Assembly (NCBI GenBank): GCA_965238225.1
Contig: OZ250183.1
Span: 736,001 to 800,000, forward strand
DNA: 64,000 bases
From: Gammaproteobacteria bacterium
Lineage (GTDB): Bacteria > Pseudomonadota > Gammaproteobacteria > Eutrophobiales > Eutrophobiaceae
Direction: 5' to 3'
The notes beneath the pieces were generated by a model. The model was not told the DNA's origin and did no database searches. It saw nothing but the letters and a program-made list of their open reading frames with translations. Positions 52,967 to 64,000 of this stretch are shown in pieces (the stretch's first letter is position 1; every line of letters starts with the position of its first letter). Both the position numbers and the translations under genes were made by a program.

Positions 52967-54250
52967 ATGAAAACCATTTTTAATAAGAGCAGCTTGTTCT
53001 GGAAGATATTTTTGGCTTTTTGGTTAGCTAATTTTTTAGTCATAGCCGCAACAACTTATTTTACCTTGCATGCCCGTCAAAGTAATGAAGCGCGTCAACA
53101 TAAAGAGGAAATTGTTGAACTTATCGGACGACATTCCATTGCCCAATGGGAGTCAAACAAGTCTTTGCGAATACCTGGAAGATTAAAACGTCACGGCATA
53201 AGAATTGATGACAGCGAAGGAAATATTATTTTTAACAACATAACTGGCGCTGTTACTAAACGCCATGCTGTATTTAATTTCCGCAGTGACAGTAACAGGG
53301 ATTATAAGATATATCTGCCACACCATAAGCCCCCAAAATTTCTCAAAAGACATTTCAAAAAGATGTTGATATTTAGATTGTTCTTGATCTTTATCGCATC
53401 AGGGATTGTTAGTTATATTCTTGGCAGAATGATTACCGCACCGATGAAACGTTTAGGGCAGCAGACGCAATCGGTAAGTAATGGGCAGATTGATAGTGTT
53501 ATAGAAGCATCGTTACTGAATCGAAAAGATGAAATTGGTGAGTTGGCTAGGGATTTTGATGGCAGCCTGCGCAATATCTCGGTACTGATAGATTCCAAAC
53601 AGACATTACTGCACGATGTCTCGCACGAGTTGCGTGCACCGCTTGCCCGCTTAATGGCGGCCATTGGTCTATTAGAACAGACCAAGTCTAAAACTAACGA
53701 CAGCACTGCCTCATTAATGCTTAAGCGCATAGAAGCTGAATGTAACAACATGAATATTCTAATAGATCAGATATTACACCTTTCTCGGTTTGAAAGTACC
53801 GAGCCACAAAAGAGTCATATTGATATCGTGACCTTACTTGGCAATTGCATTAAAGATACGCAGTTTGAATATAAACATCATCCGATTTCATTAAATAGCG
53901 AAAGCGCATCGGTAATGATGAATGCTGACACAAATATGTTGACGACAGCATTTAATAATATTTTACGCAATGGCTGTCAGCATACGCCAGTTGGCACCAC
54001 AATAGACATTGATATTCAGCAACAGGGAAGTTCAGTAGTGATTCACATTCAAGATAATGGCGATGGTCTGCCACAACAGGATATTGACAATATATTTAAA
54101 CCTTTTTCTCGTATGCATGATTCTGGGTCAAATTTTGGCTTGGGGCTTAATATCACTCAAAGAGTGATAGAAAAACATCACGGTTCAATCACTGCTGCGA
54201 GCAGGGAAGGGCGCGGTTTAATTCTTATTATTACCTTGCCTAATCAATAA
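52967..54250 (+). CDS. cpxA: Sensor histidine kinase, CpxA-like
   Basis: SLFWKIFLAFW, HAMP DEIGELA, H-box DVSHELRAPL, N and G boxes. Confidence 0.82.
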   Translation: MKTIFNKSSLFWKIFLAFWLANFLVIAATTYFTLHARQSNEARQHKEEIVELIGRHSIAQWESNKSLRIPGRLKRHGIRIDDSEGNIIFNNITGAVTKRHAVFNFRSDSNRDYKIYLPHHKPPKFLKRHFKKMLIFRLFLIFIASGIVSYILGRMITAPMKRLGQQTQSVSNGQIDSVIEASLLNRKDEIGELARDFDGSLRNISVLIDSKQTLLHDVSHELRAPLARLMAAIGLLEQTKSKTNDSTASLMLKRIEAECNNMNILIDQILHLSRFESTEPQKSHIDIVTLLGNCIKDTQFEYKHHPISLNSESASVMMNADTNMLTTAFNNILRNGCQHTPVGTTIDIDIQQQGSSVVIHIQDNGDGLPQQDIDNIFKPFSRMHDSGSNFGLGLNITQRVIEKHHGSITAASREGRGLILIITLPNQ

Positions 54251-54367
54251 AAGATTATTGCTATCAACATCAAGAATTAAATTAAGTCAACGCGTATAAG
54301 TATACGGATATTTGAGCAATTGCTGTTGTTTCTTTGCGCTATTAATATATTTGAAATGTTTGTAGAA

Positions 54368-54444
54368 TGGTGGGCCCGGGAGGACTTGAACCTCCGACCA
54401 ATGGATTATGAGTCCACTGCTCTAACCAACTGAGCTACAGGCCC
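54368..54444 (-). tRNA. ileX: tRNA-Ile2 (CAT, lysidine-modified)
   Basis: Reverse complement GGGCCTGTAGCTCAG...CTCATAA...GGGCCCACCA; acceptor stem and position after rpoD fit Ile2. Confidence 0.88.
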
Positions 54445-54474
54445 GAATAGGAAAGTTGATTAAACAAGGATTTA

Positions 54475-56310
54475 TCAATCCAGAAAGGTATTAAGCTGTT
54501 CCGATCTTGAAGGATGTCTGAGTTTTCTTAACGCTTTGGCTTCTATCTGACGAATACGTTCTCGGGTCACATCAAATTGCTTACCGACTTCTTCCAAAGT
54601 GTGGTCTGTATTCATGTCAATCCCAAAACGCATACGCAGAACTTTTGCCTCTCTAGGTGTCAGGCCGGCAAGCGCTATTTTGGTTGAATGACGCAAGCCT
54701 TCAAAGCTGGCAGAGTCACTGGGCGTCAATATATTAACATCTTCAATAAAATCTCCAAGATGGGAGTCTTCATCATCACCAATTGGCATTTCCATTGAAA
54801 TAGGTTCTTTGGCAATTTTCAGAACCTTGCGTATTTTTTCTTCCGGCATATCCATTTTTTTTGCAAGCTCTTCTGGCGTAGGCTCTCTACCTCTTTCTTG
54901 AAGAATTTGTCTGGAGATACGATTCAACTTATTGATTGTTTCAATCATATGAACTGGAATTCGTATAGTACGTGCTTGGTCAGCAATGGAACGTGTAATT
55001 GCCTGACGTATCCACCAAGTTGCATAGGTTGAGAATTTATAGCCTCTGCGATATTCAAATTTATCGACCGCCTTCATCAAACCTATATTACCTTCCTGAA
55101 TCAGATCGAGAAATAGCAGTCCACGGTTTGTATATTTCTTTGCAATAGAAATCACAAGACGCAAGTTTGACTCTACCATTTCTTTCTTGGCGCGCCCCAC
55201 CTGTGCCTCACCGATAGAAATACTGCGGTTAATTTCCTTCATATCAGCGATAGTTATATCGGAATCACCAAATAATACAAATAATTTCCCTTGAATTTTA
55301 ATAATTTCATCTTGATGTTTTTTTACTGACCTTGCATAAGGTTTTTTTGAACGGGAAATATTTTTTGCCCAATCAGTATTGATTTCATTACCTTTGAAAG
55401 TTTCGATAAATTCTTTGCGAGGCATGGCGCAATTCTTAACACATATTTTCAGAATTTCTCGTTCAGAGGTACGTATTATGCTTATAATTTCTTGAACATT
55501 TTTGATTAAGATATCAAAAAATTTGGGAGACAATTTTAATTGTAAAAAAAGCGTGCTCAGTTCTTCTTGAAGTTTTTTCGTCTTTTTATGATCTCTTCCA
55601 TACTTCTTCAAAGCCTTTGTTGTTTTTATATGTTTCTTGGTAAGAGGATTGACAACTTCTGATACTTCTTCGATGCTTAATACATAAAGATCTTCCTCCT
55701 CTTCTTCTTCGTCTGAGTTTTTCTCTCCTGCTGGGCTATGTTGCTGAGGGACTCTGCCACTGTCTGGATAATAAGAATGATCATAAAATCCAACAACTAA
55801 GTTGTTGAGTTTATAGTTTCCATTTTTAACGGCAGTATAGGTATTAAAAAAAGTATTGAGTATGCCGGGGAATGCGCAAAGTTCTGATAAGACTTTGAGG
55901 ATGCCTTGCTCAATGCGTTTGGCAATTTTGATTTCACCTTCACGGGTCAATAAGTCAACGGTTCCCATTTCGCGCATATACATACGTACGGGGTCAGTTG
56001 TACGTCCAAATTCATTCTCAACATTAGCAAGCGCAGCAGCAGCCTCAGCAGCAGCTTCTTCATCTGGGTCTTCAGCGCTATCGGTCATGATGATATCCAG
56101 ATTAGGCGGAGATTCGTATACTTTTATGCCCATATCATTAATCATGTTAATAATGTCTTCGGTTTGTTCTTGGTCAATAATTCTATCAGGCAGGTGATCA
56201 TTCACCTCGGCATAGGTTAGGTAACCCTGTTCCTTGCCTTTGGCAATTAGCACTTTCAGTTGAGATTGCTCTGCATTATTTGGAGTAGGTTGTTTCTTTG
56301 ATTCTTTCAT
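54475..56310 (-). CDS. rpoD: RNA polymerase sigma-70
   Basis: [51 protein letters not shown]. Confidence 0.99.
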   Translation of the reverse strand: MKESKKQPTPNNAEQSQLKVLIAKGKEQGYLTYAEVNDHLPDRIIDQEQTEDIINMINDMGIKVYESPPNLDIIMTDSAEDPDEEAAAEAAAALANVENEFGRTTDPVRMYMREMGTVDLLTREGEIKIAKRIEQGILKVLSELCAFPGILNTFFNTYTAVKNGNYKLNNLVVGFYDHSYYPDSGRVPQQHSPAGEKNSDEEEEEEDLYVLSIEEVSEVVNPLTKKHIKTTKALKKYGRDHKKTKKLQEELSTLFLQLKLSPKFFDILIKNVQEIISIIRTSEREILKICVKNCAMPRKEFIETFKGNEINTDWAKNISRSKKPYARSVKKHQDEIIKIQGKLFVLFGDSDITIADMKEINRSISIGEAQVGRAKKEMVESNLRLVISIAKKYTNRGLLFLDLIQEGNIGLMKAVDKFEYRRGYKFSTYATWWIRQAITRSIADQARTIRIPVHMIETINKLNRISRQILQERGREPTPEELAKKMDMPEEKIRKVLKIAKEPISMEMPIGDDEDSHLGDFIEDVNILTPSDSASFEGLRHSTKIALAGLTPREAKVLRMRFGIDMNTDHTLEEVGKQFDVTRERIRQIEAKALRKLRHPSRSEQLNTFLD

Positions 56311-56436
56311 TATGTTTATAGTCTGCGGTCGTAATATCCAGAAAACCTTATACCTTTAACTGATTGTTTATAAATGAGGAAATATACATTCCAAACCCCG
56401 CATTGTAACATGGTTTCCAGCGCATGCCAGCCTCAT

Positions 56437-58185
56437 CTACTTCTCTGAGTTGCAGCTTGGGCTGGAGTATAGATTGCGGAGATCATCTAGATTCTTGATA
56501 TTCTGTACGCGTATATTGTGCATATCTTGCTTGCAGTCATGTTTTATTTTTTCAATGATCTCCAGAAATTGAATTTTTAATTTCTCTGGATCAGTAAGCA
56601 GATTATCCTTAATAGATAATTCCTTTAATCTGTCTTTATATTTACTGTCACGCCAATGTTCTAATATGCCAGCGCAAGAAATATTCGGTTGCTGATGAAC
56701 CAGAGCTAATAATTGCCGAAGAAAATCTACGTTCTGAGTTTTAATATCCTCTAGAGAATTTGGCTCAATGCTTGCGCCCAGTTTTGGGTTTTGTAACAGC
56801 AAGCTTATGGCATTGGCTATCGAGGTATTGTGCCCTTTGTGCAATTGATTTTTTGATACAAAATGCTGGATTTTGGTAGATTTTGCCTCTGGTTTTTTTT
56901 GAGCAGTCAATTTACGCAGGCTATCGATATCGATATCTGTCAATTTAGATATATCCTTAAGTAGCAATTCTTGCAATGCGCCTTTAGGAATCTCACTGAT
57001 GAGCGGCATAATGCCTTCTGCCAATTGTGCCATACCCTCACGGCTATCTAAGTTTGTTTCCCGTTTGAATTTGTCGACAAGATAATCTGATAGAGGGATA
57101 TAATTACATGCATCTTCAAATTTTTCACGACCATGTTTTTGCACATAAGTATCTGGATCATCCCCTTCAGGCATAAACATAAAATGTATCTGCCGACCTT
57201 CTTTTAAAAAAGGTAATGCAATATTCATTGAACGCCAGGCAGCTTTTTGACCGGCATTATCACCATCGAAACAAAAAATAATTTGTGGGCAAGATCGAAA
57301 AAGTCTTTCCAGATGATCTTCCGTGATGGCTGTGCCAAGCACAGCGACAACATTTTTTATCCCGTGTTGTGCTAAGGCCAGTACGTCCATATAGCCCTCA
57401 ACAATATAGATATGTTGCATATCTTTAAGTTGATGACGCGCCTGAAACAGACCATACAATTCGCGACCTTTATGAAATATTGGTGTCTCTGGAGAATTAA
57501 GGTATTTTGGAGAGCTATCATCAAAAACCCTGCCGCCAAAGCCAATGGCGCGTCCTCTTTGATCGCGAATCGGGAAAATAATTCTGTCCCGAAATCGATC
57601 GTAGTAACCACCATTGTCTTTTTCCGATGTCATGCCGATTTGTGCGAGTCGTTTTTTTGCGGCATCGGAAGCACCCAAGGCATTTAGTAAAATATCCCAG
57701 CCAGGTGGGGCGAATCCCAGTTCAAATTCTTTGGCGATTACACCAGAGATCCCTCTGTCTTTAAGATAACCCGTTGCGCGATTGGCCTTGGAAGATTTGC
57801 GCAGTTGCCGACAGAAATGTTGCACAACCAGTTCCATCAATTCATATAGCTCAGAGTTATTTTTGCTTTTATCAAAATCATCTGCTTCTCTAGGCACTTC
57901 CACACCAGCACGTGAAGCCAATTCTTCTACAGCTTCAACAAAGTCCAGACCGTTGTAGTCCATCAGAAAGCTGATGACAGTACCATGCGCACCGCAACCA
58001 AAACAATGATAAAACTGTTTGTTTTGACTGACGGTAAATGAAGGTGATTTTTCATCATGGAATGGGCAGCATGCTTTAAAGTCTTTGCCAGCTTTTTTCA
58101 AAGTCACAGAACTATTAACAATATCGACAATATCTACACGTGTGAGTAAATCATCGATGAAGTGTTGTGGAATTAAACCAGCCAT
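56437..58185 (-). CDS. dnaG: DNA primase
   Basis: CPFHDEKSPSF..YHCFGC, KYLNSPET, VEGYMDV, FDGD.AG, DPD; ATG at 58185. Confidence 0.98.
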   Translation of the reverse strand: MAGLIPQHFIDDLLTRVDIVDIVNSSVTLKKAGKDFKACCPFHDEKSPSFTVSQNKQFYHCFGCGAHGTVISFLMDYNGLDFVEAVEELASRAGVEVPREADDFDKSKNNSELYELMELVVQHFCRQLRKSSKANRATGYLKDRGISGVIAKEFELGFAPPGWDILLNALGASDAAKKRLAQIGMTSEKDNGGYYDRFRDRIIFPIRDQRGRAIGFGGRVFDDSSPKYLNSPETPIFHKGRELYGLFQARHQLKDMQHIYIVEGYMDVLALAQHGIKNVVAVLGTAITEDHLERLFRSCPQIIFCFDGDNAGQKAAWRSMNIALPFLKEGRQIHFMFMPEGDDPDTYVQKHGREKFEDACNYIPLSDYLVDKFKRETNLDSREGMAQLAEGIMPLISEIPKGALQELLLKDISKLTDIDIDSLRKLTAQKKPEAKSTKIQHFVSKNQLHKGHNTSIANAISLLLQNPKLGASIEPNSLEDIKTQNVDFLRQLLALVHQQPNISCAGILEHWRDSKYKDRLKELSIKDNLLTDPEKLKIQFLEIIEKIKHDCKQDMHNIRVQNIKNLDDLRNLYSSPSCNSEK

Positions 58186-58351
58186 AATTACGGGCGAGTA
58201 TATCAATAAATACTGCTAAAAATCTGACTAAAGAAACGAGACCCAAGGAAATTAAACTTGGATGACTTATGTGCCTGCCTGAAATGGAATATTTCAGTGC
58301 TTTTCTATTATCAGAAAGCGTTAGTTAATCTGGTATCCGAAGCCTGCGCGC

Positions 58352-58798
58352 TTAGCCAAGCTTCTGTTTGACTAGAGCGCTCACTTTGCCCATGTCTGCA
58401 CGACCTTGAAGCCTAGGTTTTAAAAGACCCATGACTCTACCCATATCTTTCGCTGATTCTGCACCACTTTTTGCAATGGATTCAGTAATGATTTGGCTGA
58501 TTTCATCTTCAGTGAGTTGTGCCGGAAGGTATTCTTGAATGATATCCAGTTCAAAAATTTCTTTTGCTGCAAGATCCTCACGACCTGCTTTCTGAAATTG
58601 TTGAATCGCATCACGAACCTGTTTTGCCATTTTGTCCATAATGGCAAGCACCATGGTATCGTCCAGTTTAATCCTATCATCAACTTCTTTTTGTTTGAGG
58701 GCAGCGGTTATGAGCCGTAGCACGCCAAGACGATCTTTGTCCTTACTGCGCATGGCTGTTTTGACATCGTCATTAATGCGTTGTTGGAGTTCACTCAC
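58352..58798 (-). CDS. GatB/YqeY domain protein
   Basis: KTAMRSKDK, YLP.QL, KDMGRVM, GRADM; between rpsU and dnaG. Confidence 0.92.
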   Translation of the reverse strand: MSELQQRINDDVKTAMRSKDKDRLGVLRLITAALKQKEVDDRIKLDDTMVLAIMDKMAKQVRDAIQQFQKAGREDLAAKEIFELDIIQEYLPAQLTEDEISQIITESIAKSGAESAKDMGRVMGLLKPRLQGRADMGKVSALVKQKLG

Positions 58799-58856
58799 AG
58801 GCTATAAGGTAATTAATTTTCTGATGGTGTTAGAAGCATTTAAATAAATGCTGCGC

Positions 58857-59072
58857 TCAGTAAAGACGCACGCGCCTGTTTAAATCTTTCATAACTTTCT
58901 TTTGGTAGCGTTTAACAGCTGCTGCTGCTTTCCGTTTTCTTACTTGCGTTGGTTTTTCGTAAAATTCATGCCTGTGTACATCGGCAAGGATGCCTGATTT
59001 TTCACAAGTACGTTTGAAACGGCGCAATGCAATCTCAAAAGGTTCGTTGTCTGTTACTTTTACTGATGGCAT
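58857..59072 (-). CDS. rpsU: 30S ribosomal protein S21
   Basis: [26 protein letters not shown]; 71 aa from ATG 59072. Confidence 0.98.
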   Translation of the reverse strand: MPSVKVTDNEPFEIALRRFKRTCEKSGILADVHRHEFYEKPTQVRKRKAAAAVKRYQKKVMKDLNRRVRLY

Positions 59073-59284
59073 ATTAATGGTCATTCCTTAACAAATATAA
59101 TTTTATGGCACTGTATCTGCCGAATAGCTTCCAGATGCCATTTTTACTGGCAAAACACTTAAGAGGTGCCCGGAAAATCCAGCAATTCTAGTGTTTAAGC
59201 GCTAAAATGCAATGATTATTAGCTAATTGATAGCTGTTTGGAGGGTTTTTTGTTTAAATTGAAAAAATCAATAAGTGAGTTTAG

Positions 59285-60295
59285 ATGAAAATATTAGGAT
59301 TAGAGACATCTTGCGATGAAACAGGTGTTGCGCTATATGACACAGAGCGGGGATTGCTTGCCCATGCCTTGCATAGTCAGGTAGCGTTGCATGAGGCCTA
59401 TGGTGGCGTAGTGCCTGAGCTTGCCTCCAGAGATCATGTGCAGAGGATTATCCCGCTGGTACGGAAGGTGTTGGCAGATGCAAATAGTCTAGGCAGCGAT
59501 CTAGACGGTGTTGCCTATACTGCGGGTCCAGGTCTAATTGGCGCCTTATTGGTCGGTATTGCAACAGGAAGAAGTTTGGCTTATGGCTGGAATATTCCTG
59601 CTGTGGCTGTGCATCATATGGAGGGTCATTTACTGGCGCCGATGTTAGAACAGCAAGCACCTGAATTCCCTTTTATCGCTTTGCTTGTTTCCGGCGGTCA
59701 TACGATGTTGGTCAAGGTCGAAGGTGTGGGTTGTTATGAAATTTTAGGGGAATCACTAGATGATGCTGCGGGTGAAGCCTTTGATAAAACTGCAAAGTTG
59801 TTGGGTTTGGCTTATCCAGGCGGTGCAGCATTGTCGGTTTTGGCGCAGTCAGGAAATAAGGGTAGATTCTTATTCCCAAGACCCATGACCGATAGACCAG
59901 GGCTAGATTTCAGTTTCAGTGGTTTGAAAACTTTTACTGTAAATTCTTTTAGAAAAGAAGGTGATGATGCGCAAACCAAGGCAGATATTGCCCGTGCTTT
60001 TGTTGAGGCGATAGTTGATACCTTAGGGATTAAATGTAAACGAGCCATCCAGAAAACAGGACTTAAGACCTTGGTTGCAGCAGGCGGAGTGAGCGCAAAT
60101 AAACAATTAAGGAAAAAATTACAGGAGGTGTGCGCTAAAGAAGGCGCTGAGGTATTTTATCCACGACCTGAATTTTGTACAGATAATGGTGCTATGATTG
60201 CTTATGCGGGTGCGTTGCGTTTGCAAGCAGGGGCAAAAGAAGCCTTAGCCTTTAGCGCAAGGCCAAGGTGGTCTTTGAGCGAGTTGTGCGCCTAG
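59285..60295 (+). CDS. tsaD: tRNA threonylcarbamoyltransferase TsaD
   Basis: [36 protein letters not shown]. Confidence 0.98.
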   Translation: MKILGLETSCDETGVALYDTERGLLAHALHSQVALHEAYGGVVPELASRDHVQRIIPLVRKVLADANSLGSDLDGVAYTAGPGLIGALLVGIATGRSLAYGWNIPAVAVHHMEGHLLAPMLEQQAPEFPFIALLVSGGHTMLVKVEGVGCYEILGESLDDAAGEAFDKTAKLLGLAYPGGAALSVLAQSGNKGRFLFPRPMTDRPGLDFSFSGLKTFTVNSFRKEGDDAQTKADIARAFVEAIVDTLGIKCKRAIQKTGLKTLVAAGGVSANKQLRKKLQEVCAKEGAEVFYPRPEFCTDNGAMIAYAGALRLQAGAKEALAFSARPRWSLSELCA

Positions 60296-60486
60296 GAGAA
60301 TATTCTTATAAGGGATCAAAAAAGGGGAGCTAACAGTTATTTTTATTTAGGGGCTTTTCTAGGATATAGAAAACATTAACAATCTGTATAAGATATAAAG
60401 TATTGGAGTGTTTACTGTGCGGTTTGAATATTATTAATCAACTTAAGAAAGTTTATGAGGAATTTTAGACTAAGGCAGCCTGAATA

Positions 60487-60516
60487 AATAAAGGGATCTA
60501 CATAGATCCCTTTATT
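60487..60516. terminator. Inverted repeat, likely terminator between convergent tsaD and RTX gene
   Basis: Perfect 14-bp stem AATAAAGGGATCTA/TAGATCCCTTTATT. Confidence 0.8.
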
Positions 60517-60571
60517 GTTATTGTCTTAACTTAAACCTTTTATTTCACTTAAATCTGCTGTGATTAAGCTA

Positions 60572-63500
60572 TTAGACGGTTTGCCATGTTTCAGTCAATA
60601 CTGTTTCCAAGCTATCAGCAACATCTTGTGCTATGACATTACCTGCACCAAGTGGTACATCATAAGCTGCCATGGCATTGACTAATTTGTAGACATCATC
60701 TCGTAGTAACTCTGATGAATCAGTTGTGATGCTGTCCAGCTTGTAGTCATTAATCTCCTCTTGTCTGGGGAAGAACCATAAAAAGGTTGGTACAGTTTTC
60801 GTTTCATACCAGCCAGCCACCTGTACTTGATCATTGGTTCCAGCGACGGTGATTAGTAAGTCTTTATCACTACGACTAAACCACAAGTCTTCTACTGATA
60901 CATTGTCAAATTGTAATATATCATTACTCGTTGAGTAGTCCGTATCATAATTATAAATGGTTGTATTACCGTCACCCAAAGAAAACAGATAAGTATCGTT
61001 ACCGTCATCTCCAGTCAGATAATCCTGTCCTGTACCACCACTTAAAGTATCGTCACCAGCACCTCCCCACAAGTAATCGTTACCGTTACCTCCGTACAGG
61101 GTATCGTTACCTGCATCACCACTTAAAGTATCGTCACCATTACCGCCATATAAGTAATCACGACCGTTGCCGCCGTTTAAGTCATCGTTACCGTTACCGC
61201 CGTCTAAGATATCGTTATGGTCACCGCCGTATAGTGTATCTGTGCCGCTTTGTCCGTACAGGGTATCGTTACCCACATCACCACTTAAAGTATCGTCACC
61301 ATTACCGCCATATAAGTAATCACGACCGTTGCCGCCGTTTAAGGTATCGTTACCGTCACCGCCGTCTAAGGTATCGCTATGGTCACCGCCGTTTAAGGTA
61401 TCTGTACCGTTTTGTCCGTACAGGGTATCGTAACCTGTACCACCACTTAGTACATCATCGCCGTTTTGTCCGTACAGGGTATCGTCACCGTTATCGCCGT
61501 TTAAGTTATCGTTATCGTTACCGCCGTCTAAGATATCGTTATGGTCACCGCCGTATAGGGTATCATCGCCGTTTTGTCCGTACAGGGTATCGTCACCGTC
61601 ACCACCGTCTAAGGTATCGTTATGGTCACCGCCGTACAGGGTATCTGTACCGTTTTGTCCGTACAGGGTATCGTAACCTGTACCACCACTTAGTACATCA
61701 TCGCCGTTTTGTCCGTACAGGGTATCGTAACCTGTACCACCACTTAGTACATCATCGCCGTTTTGTCCGTACAGGGTATCGTCACCGTTATCGCCGTTTA
61801 AGGTATCGTTATCGTTACCACCGTCTAAGATATCGTTATGGTCACCGCCGTATAGGGTATCATCGCCGTTTTGTCCGTACAGGGTATCGTAACCTGCACC
61901 ACCACTTAGTACATCATCGCCGTTTTGTCCATATAAGTAATCGGTATCGGCACCTCCGTACAAATAATCGTCACCGTCACCGCCGTCTAAGGTATCGTTA
62001 TGGTCACCGCCGTATAGGGTATCTGTACCGTTTTGTCCGTACAGGGTATCGTAACCTGCACCACCACTTAGTACATCATCGCCGTTTTGTCCGTACAGGG
62101 TATCGTCACCGTTATCGCCGTTTAAGTTATCGTTATCGTTACCACCGTCTAAGATATCGTTATGGTCACCGCCGTATAGGGCATCATCGCCGTTTTGTCC
62201 GTACAGCTTATCATTACCGTCAGTACCGTATAAGGCATCGTCACCGTCCTGTCCATACAGGGTATCATCACCTGTACCACCGTTTAAGATATCATTACCA
62301 TCATCTCCAGACAAGGTATCGTGACCGTCATGTCCAGACAAGGTATCGTCACCTGTACCTCCAGACAAGATATCGTTACCATTGTTTCCATTCAAGATGT
62401 CGTTACCAGCACCTCCAGACAAGTAATCATGACCATAACTGCCTTCAAGCACATCATCGCCGTTTTGTCCATACAGCTTATCATGACCGTCAGCACCGTA
62501 TACGGGGTGGTATAAGGGATCATCATCGTAGTGACCGCCACTACCGTACAGGATATCGTTACCATCACCCCCATACAAGGTATCGCTACCGCTATAGCCT
62601 CTCAATATATCGTTATTACTAGAACCATTGATGATGTCATCTCCATGACCGCTTGTTGCCAATACGTTGGCATCTATATATGCCTTTGTCCATACAGTAC
62701 CATCAGCAAACTCAGTTTGGTCTATTTGGAACCTTTGGAAAAGGTAGGAATTTTCATAATAGGGAAAGTAATTTTGAATCGTTATAGTTTTTGTCGTGTT
62801 ATTATCATCACTTACTTGTAATAGAAGATGATTATATGCGCGAAATATTTGAACATCCGTGGCGGCAATACCTTCTCCAAATTTCAAGATATCTGTGCTG
62901 CTGCCTAGGACACCGTCAGAGCCTACATCGGCATTATAAATAGTTGTATTACCGTCACCTCGAAAAAATAAATAAGTATCGTCACCGTGGTTTCCTTGCA
63001 TGTAGTTTGTACCTTTGCCGCCGCTAAAGATATCGTTACCGCGACCTCCATACAGGGTATCGTTACCATCACCGCCATTCAAGACATCGTTGCCATTACC
63101 GCCGTATAGGGTATCGTTACCGCTACCGCCATTTAAGGTATCGTCACCGGTATCTCCAGACAAGATATCGTTACCGTCACCGCCGTACAGGGTATCGTTA
63201 TGGTCATTTCCAACCAAGGTATCGTTACCGTCACCGCCGTACAGGGTATCGTTACCCCCACGACCTTCTAATCGATCATTACCATCACCACCATTGATAG
63301 TGTTATCGTTCTCGTCGCCTATAAGCAAGGCGGCATCTATCTGTGTCGATGTCCATACAGCACCATCAGCAAACTCAACTTGGTCTAATCGGTAATCATC
63401 CCTGAAGTGATCGTAAATCGTTATAGTTTCTGTTGTGTTATTAACACCACTTACTTGTAATAGAAGATCATTATCTACGCGAGTTATTTTAACATCCCAA

Positions 63501-64000
63501 GTGGCAATGCCTGCTCCAAGTTGCAAGGTATCCGTGCTGTTGCTTGTATCGTAATTATGAATGCTTGTATCACCGTCACCTTTGGAAAATAGATAAGTAT
63601 CGTCACCCTTATCTCCAACTAAGACATCTGTACCAGAACCGCCGCTAAAGATATCGTTACCGCGACCTCCATACAAGGTATCGTCACCGTCACCTCCGCT
63701 TAAGGTATCGTTGCCGTCTTGTCCAGACAGGACATCATTACCGTTATCTCCAGACAAGGTATCCGTACCGGAACCGCCGCTTAAGAAATCGTCACCGGCA
63801 CCTCCATACAAGGTATCGTCACCGTCAGTTCCATTCAAGGTATCGTTACCAGCAAGACCTTCCAGTAGATCATTACCATTGCTACCACTGAGAATGTCAT
63901 CGTTCTCATTACCTCTTAACGAGTTTGTTGGCAATGTCCATACAGCACCATCAGCAAACTCAATTTGGTCTAATTGGTTATCATCATTTAGGAAGTGATC
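60572..64000 (-). CDS. Large RTX calcium-binding protein (probable type I secretion substrate), 5'-truncated by window edge
   Basis: Dozens of GGxGxDxLx nonapeptides, repeated ..FADG.VW haemolysin-type Ca-binding-related domains, C-terminal LVNAMAAY helix; frame open to 64000 ([23 protein letters not shown]). Confidence 0.93.
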   Translation of the reverse strand, partial: DHFLNDDNQLDQIEFADGAVWTLPTNSLRGNENDDILSGSNGNDLLEGLAGNDTLNGTDGDDTLYGGAGDDFLSGGSGTDTLSGDNGNDVLSGQDGNDTLSGGDGDDTLYGGRGNDIFSGGSGTDVLVGDKGDDTYLFSKGDGDTSIHNYDTSNSTDTLQLGAGIATWDVKITRVDNDLLLQVSGVNNTTETITIYDHFRDDYRLDQVEFADGAVWTSTQIDAALLIGDENDNTINGGDGNDRLEGRGGNDTLYGGDGNDTLVGNDHNDTLYGGDGNDILSGDTGDDTLNGGSGNDTLYGGNGNDVLNGGDGNDTLYGGRGNDIFSGGKGTNYMQGNHGDDTYLFFRGDGNTTIYNADVGSDGVLGSSTDILKFGEGIAATDVQIFRAYNHLLLQVSDDNNTTKTITIQNYFPYYENSYLFQRFQIDQTEFADGTVWTKAYIDANVLATSGHGDDIINGSSNNDILRGYSGSDTLYGGDGNDILYGSGGHYDDDPLYHPVYGADGHDKLYGQNGDDVLEGSYGHDYLSGGAGNDILNGNNGNDILSGGTGDDTLSGHDGHDTLSGDDGNDILNGGTGDDTLYGQDGDDALYGTDGNDKLYGQNGDDALYGGDHNDILDGGNDNDNLNGDNGDDTLYGQNGDDVLSGGAGYDTLYGQNGTDTLYGGDHNDTLDGGDGDDYLYGGADTDYLYGQNGDDVLSGGAGYDTLYGQNGDDTLYGGDHNDILDGGNDNDTLNGDNGDDTLYGQNGDDVLSGGTGYDTLYGQNGDDVLSGGTGYDTLYGQNGTDTLYGGDHNDTLDGGDGDDTLYGQNGDDTLYGGDHNDILDGGNDNDNLNGDNGDDTLYGQNGDDVLSGGTGYDTLYGQNGTDTLNGGDHSDTLDGGDGNDTLNGGNGRDYLYGGNGDDTLSGDVGNDTLYGQSGTDTLYGGDHNDILDGGNGNDDLNGGNGRDYLYGGNGDDTLSGDAGNDTLYGGNGNDYLWGGAGDDTLSGGTGQDYLTGDDGNDTYLFSLGDGNTTIYNYDTDYSTSNDILQFDNVSVEDLWFSRSDKDLLITVAGTNDQVQVAGWYETKTVPTFLWFFPRQEEINDYKLDSITTDSSELLRDDVYKLVNAMAAYDVPLGAGNVIAQDVADSLETVLTETWQTV
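60990..62500 (-). repeat. 27-bp RTX repeat array with 54-bp and 162-bp higher-order duplications
   Basis: Exact 54-bp tandem starting at 61650, 61704 and (partial) 61758; 162-bp offset copies around 61140 and 61302. Confidence 0.92.

Noticed and set aside
54368-54444. Calling this CAT tRNA a second tRNA-Met
   Set aside because: GGGCCT acceptor stem and position after rpoD fit lysidine tRNA-Ile2; an elongator Met is already at 42081
60931-62622. 563-aa Arg/His/Tyr-rich ORF on the + strand
   Set aside because: Antisense shadow of the RTX 27-bp repeats; its composition is dictated by the opposite-strand codons
60990-63900. Possible CRISPR-like repeat array
   Set aside because: Repeats are in-frame coding nonapeptides with no unique spacers, and no cas genes are present

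Overview
AT-rich gammaproteobacterial chromosome segment, mostly core genes in familiar order: rnt; mtaD/mtnA-gyrA-serC-pheA-hisC-tyrA-aroA-cmk-rpsA-ihfB-lapAB-pyrF-mfd; glyA-nrdR-ribD-fhs; hemJ-rubredoxin-thiDE-hemL; hemE; miaB-ybeZYX-lnt; zur-znuACB; aroG; cpxPRA; rpsU-yqeY-dnaG-rpoD-tRNA-Ile2; tsaD. There are three tRNAs and the 3' part of a large RTX protein at the right edge. Six genes are disrupted: a PD-(D/E)XK nuclease-like gene (in-frame TGA), mtnA (internal deletion plus frameshift), lapB (deletions plus stops), hpt, rraA and a KAP-like NTPase. This suggests ongoing genome erosion, possibly in a host-associated lineage (inference). The most coherent signal is a methylthioadenosine pathway in which deaminase and phosphorylase are intact but both recycling enzymes (mtnA, hpt) are broken. 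Other points of interest: a non-acidic residue at GyrA position 87, a P460-fold cytochrome lacking the cross-link Lys, two accessory genes each preceded by a short perfect tandem duplication, and a shuffled RTX repeat array. I saw no CRISPR array, integrase or transposase and cannot claim a clearly new multi-gene system. All product calls come from motif recognition by eye, not database searches.
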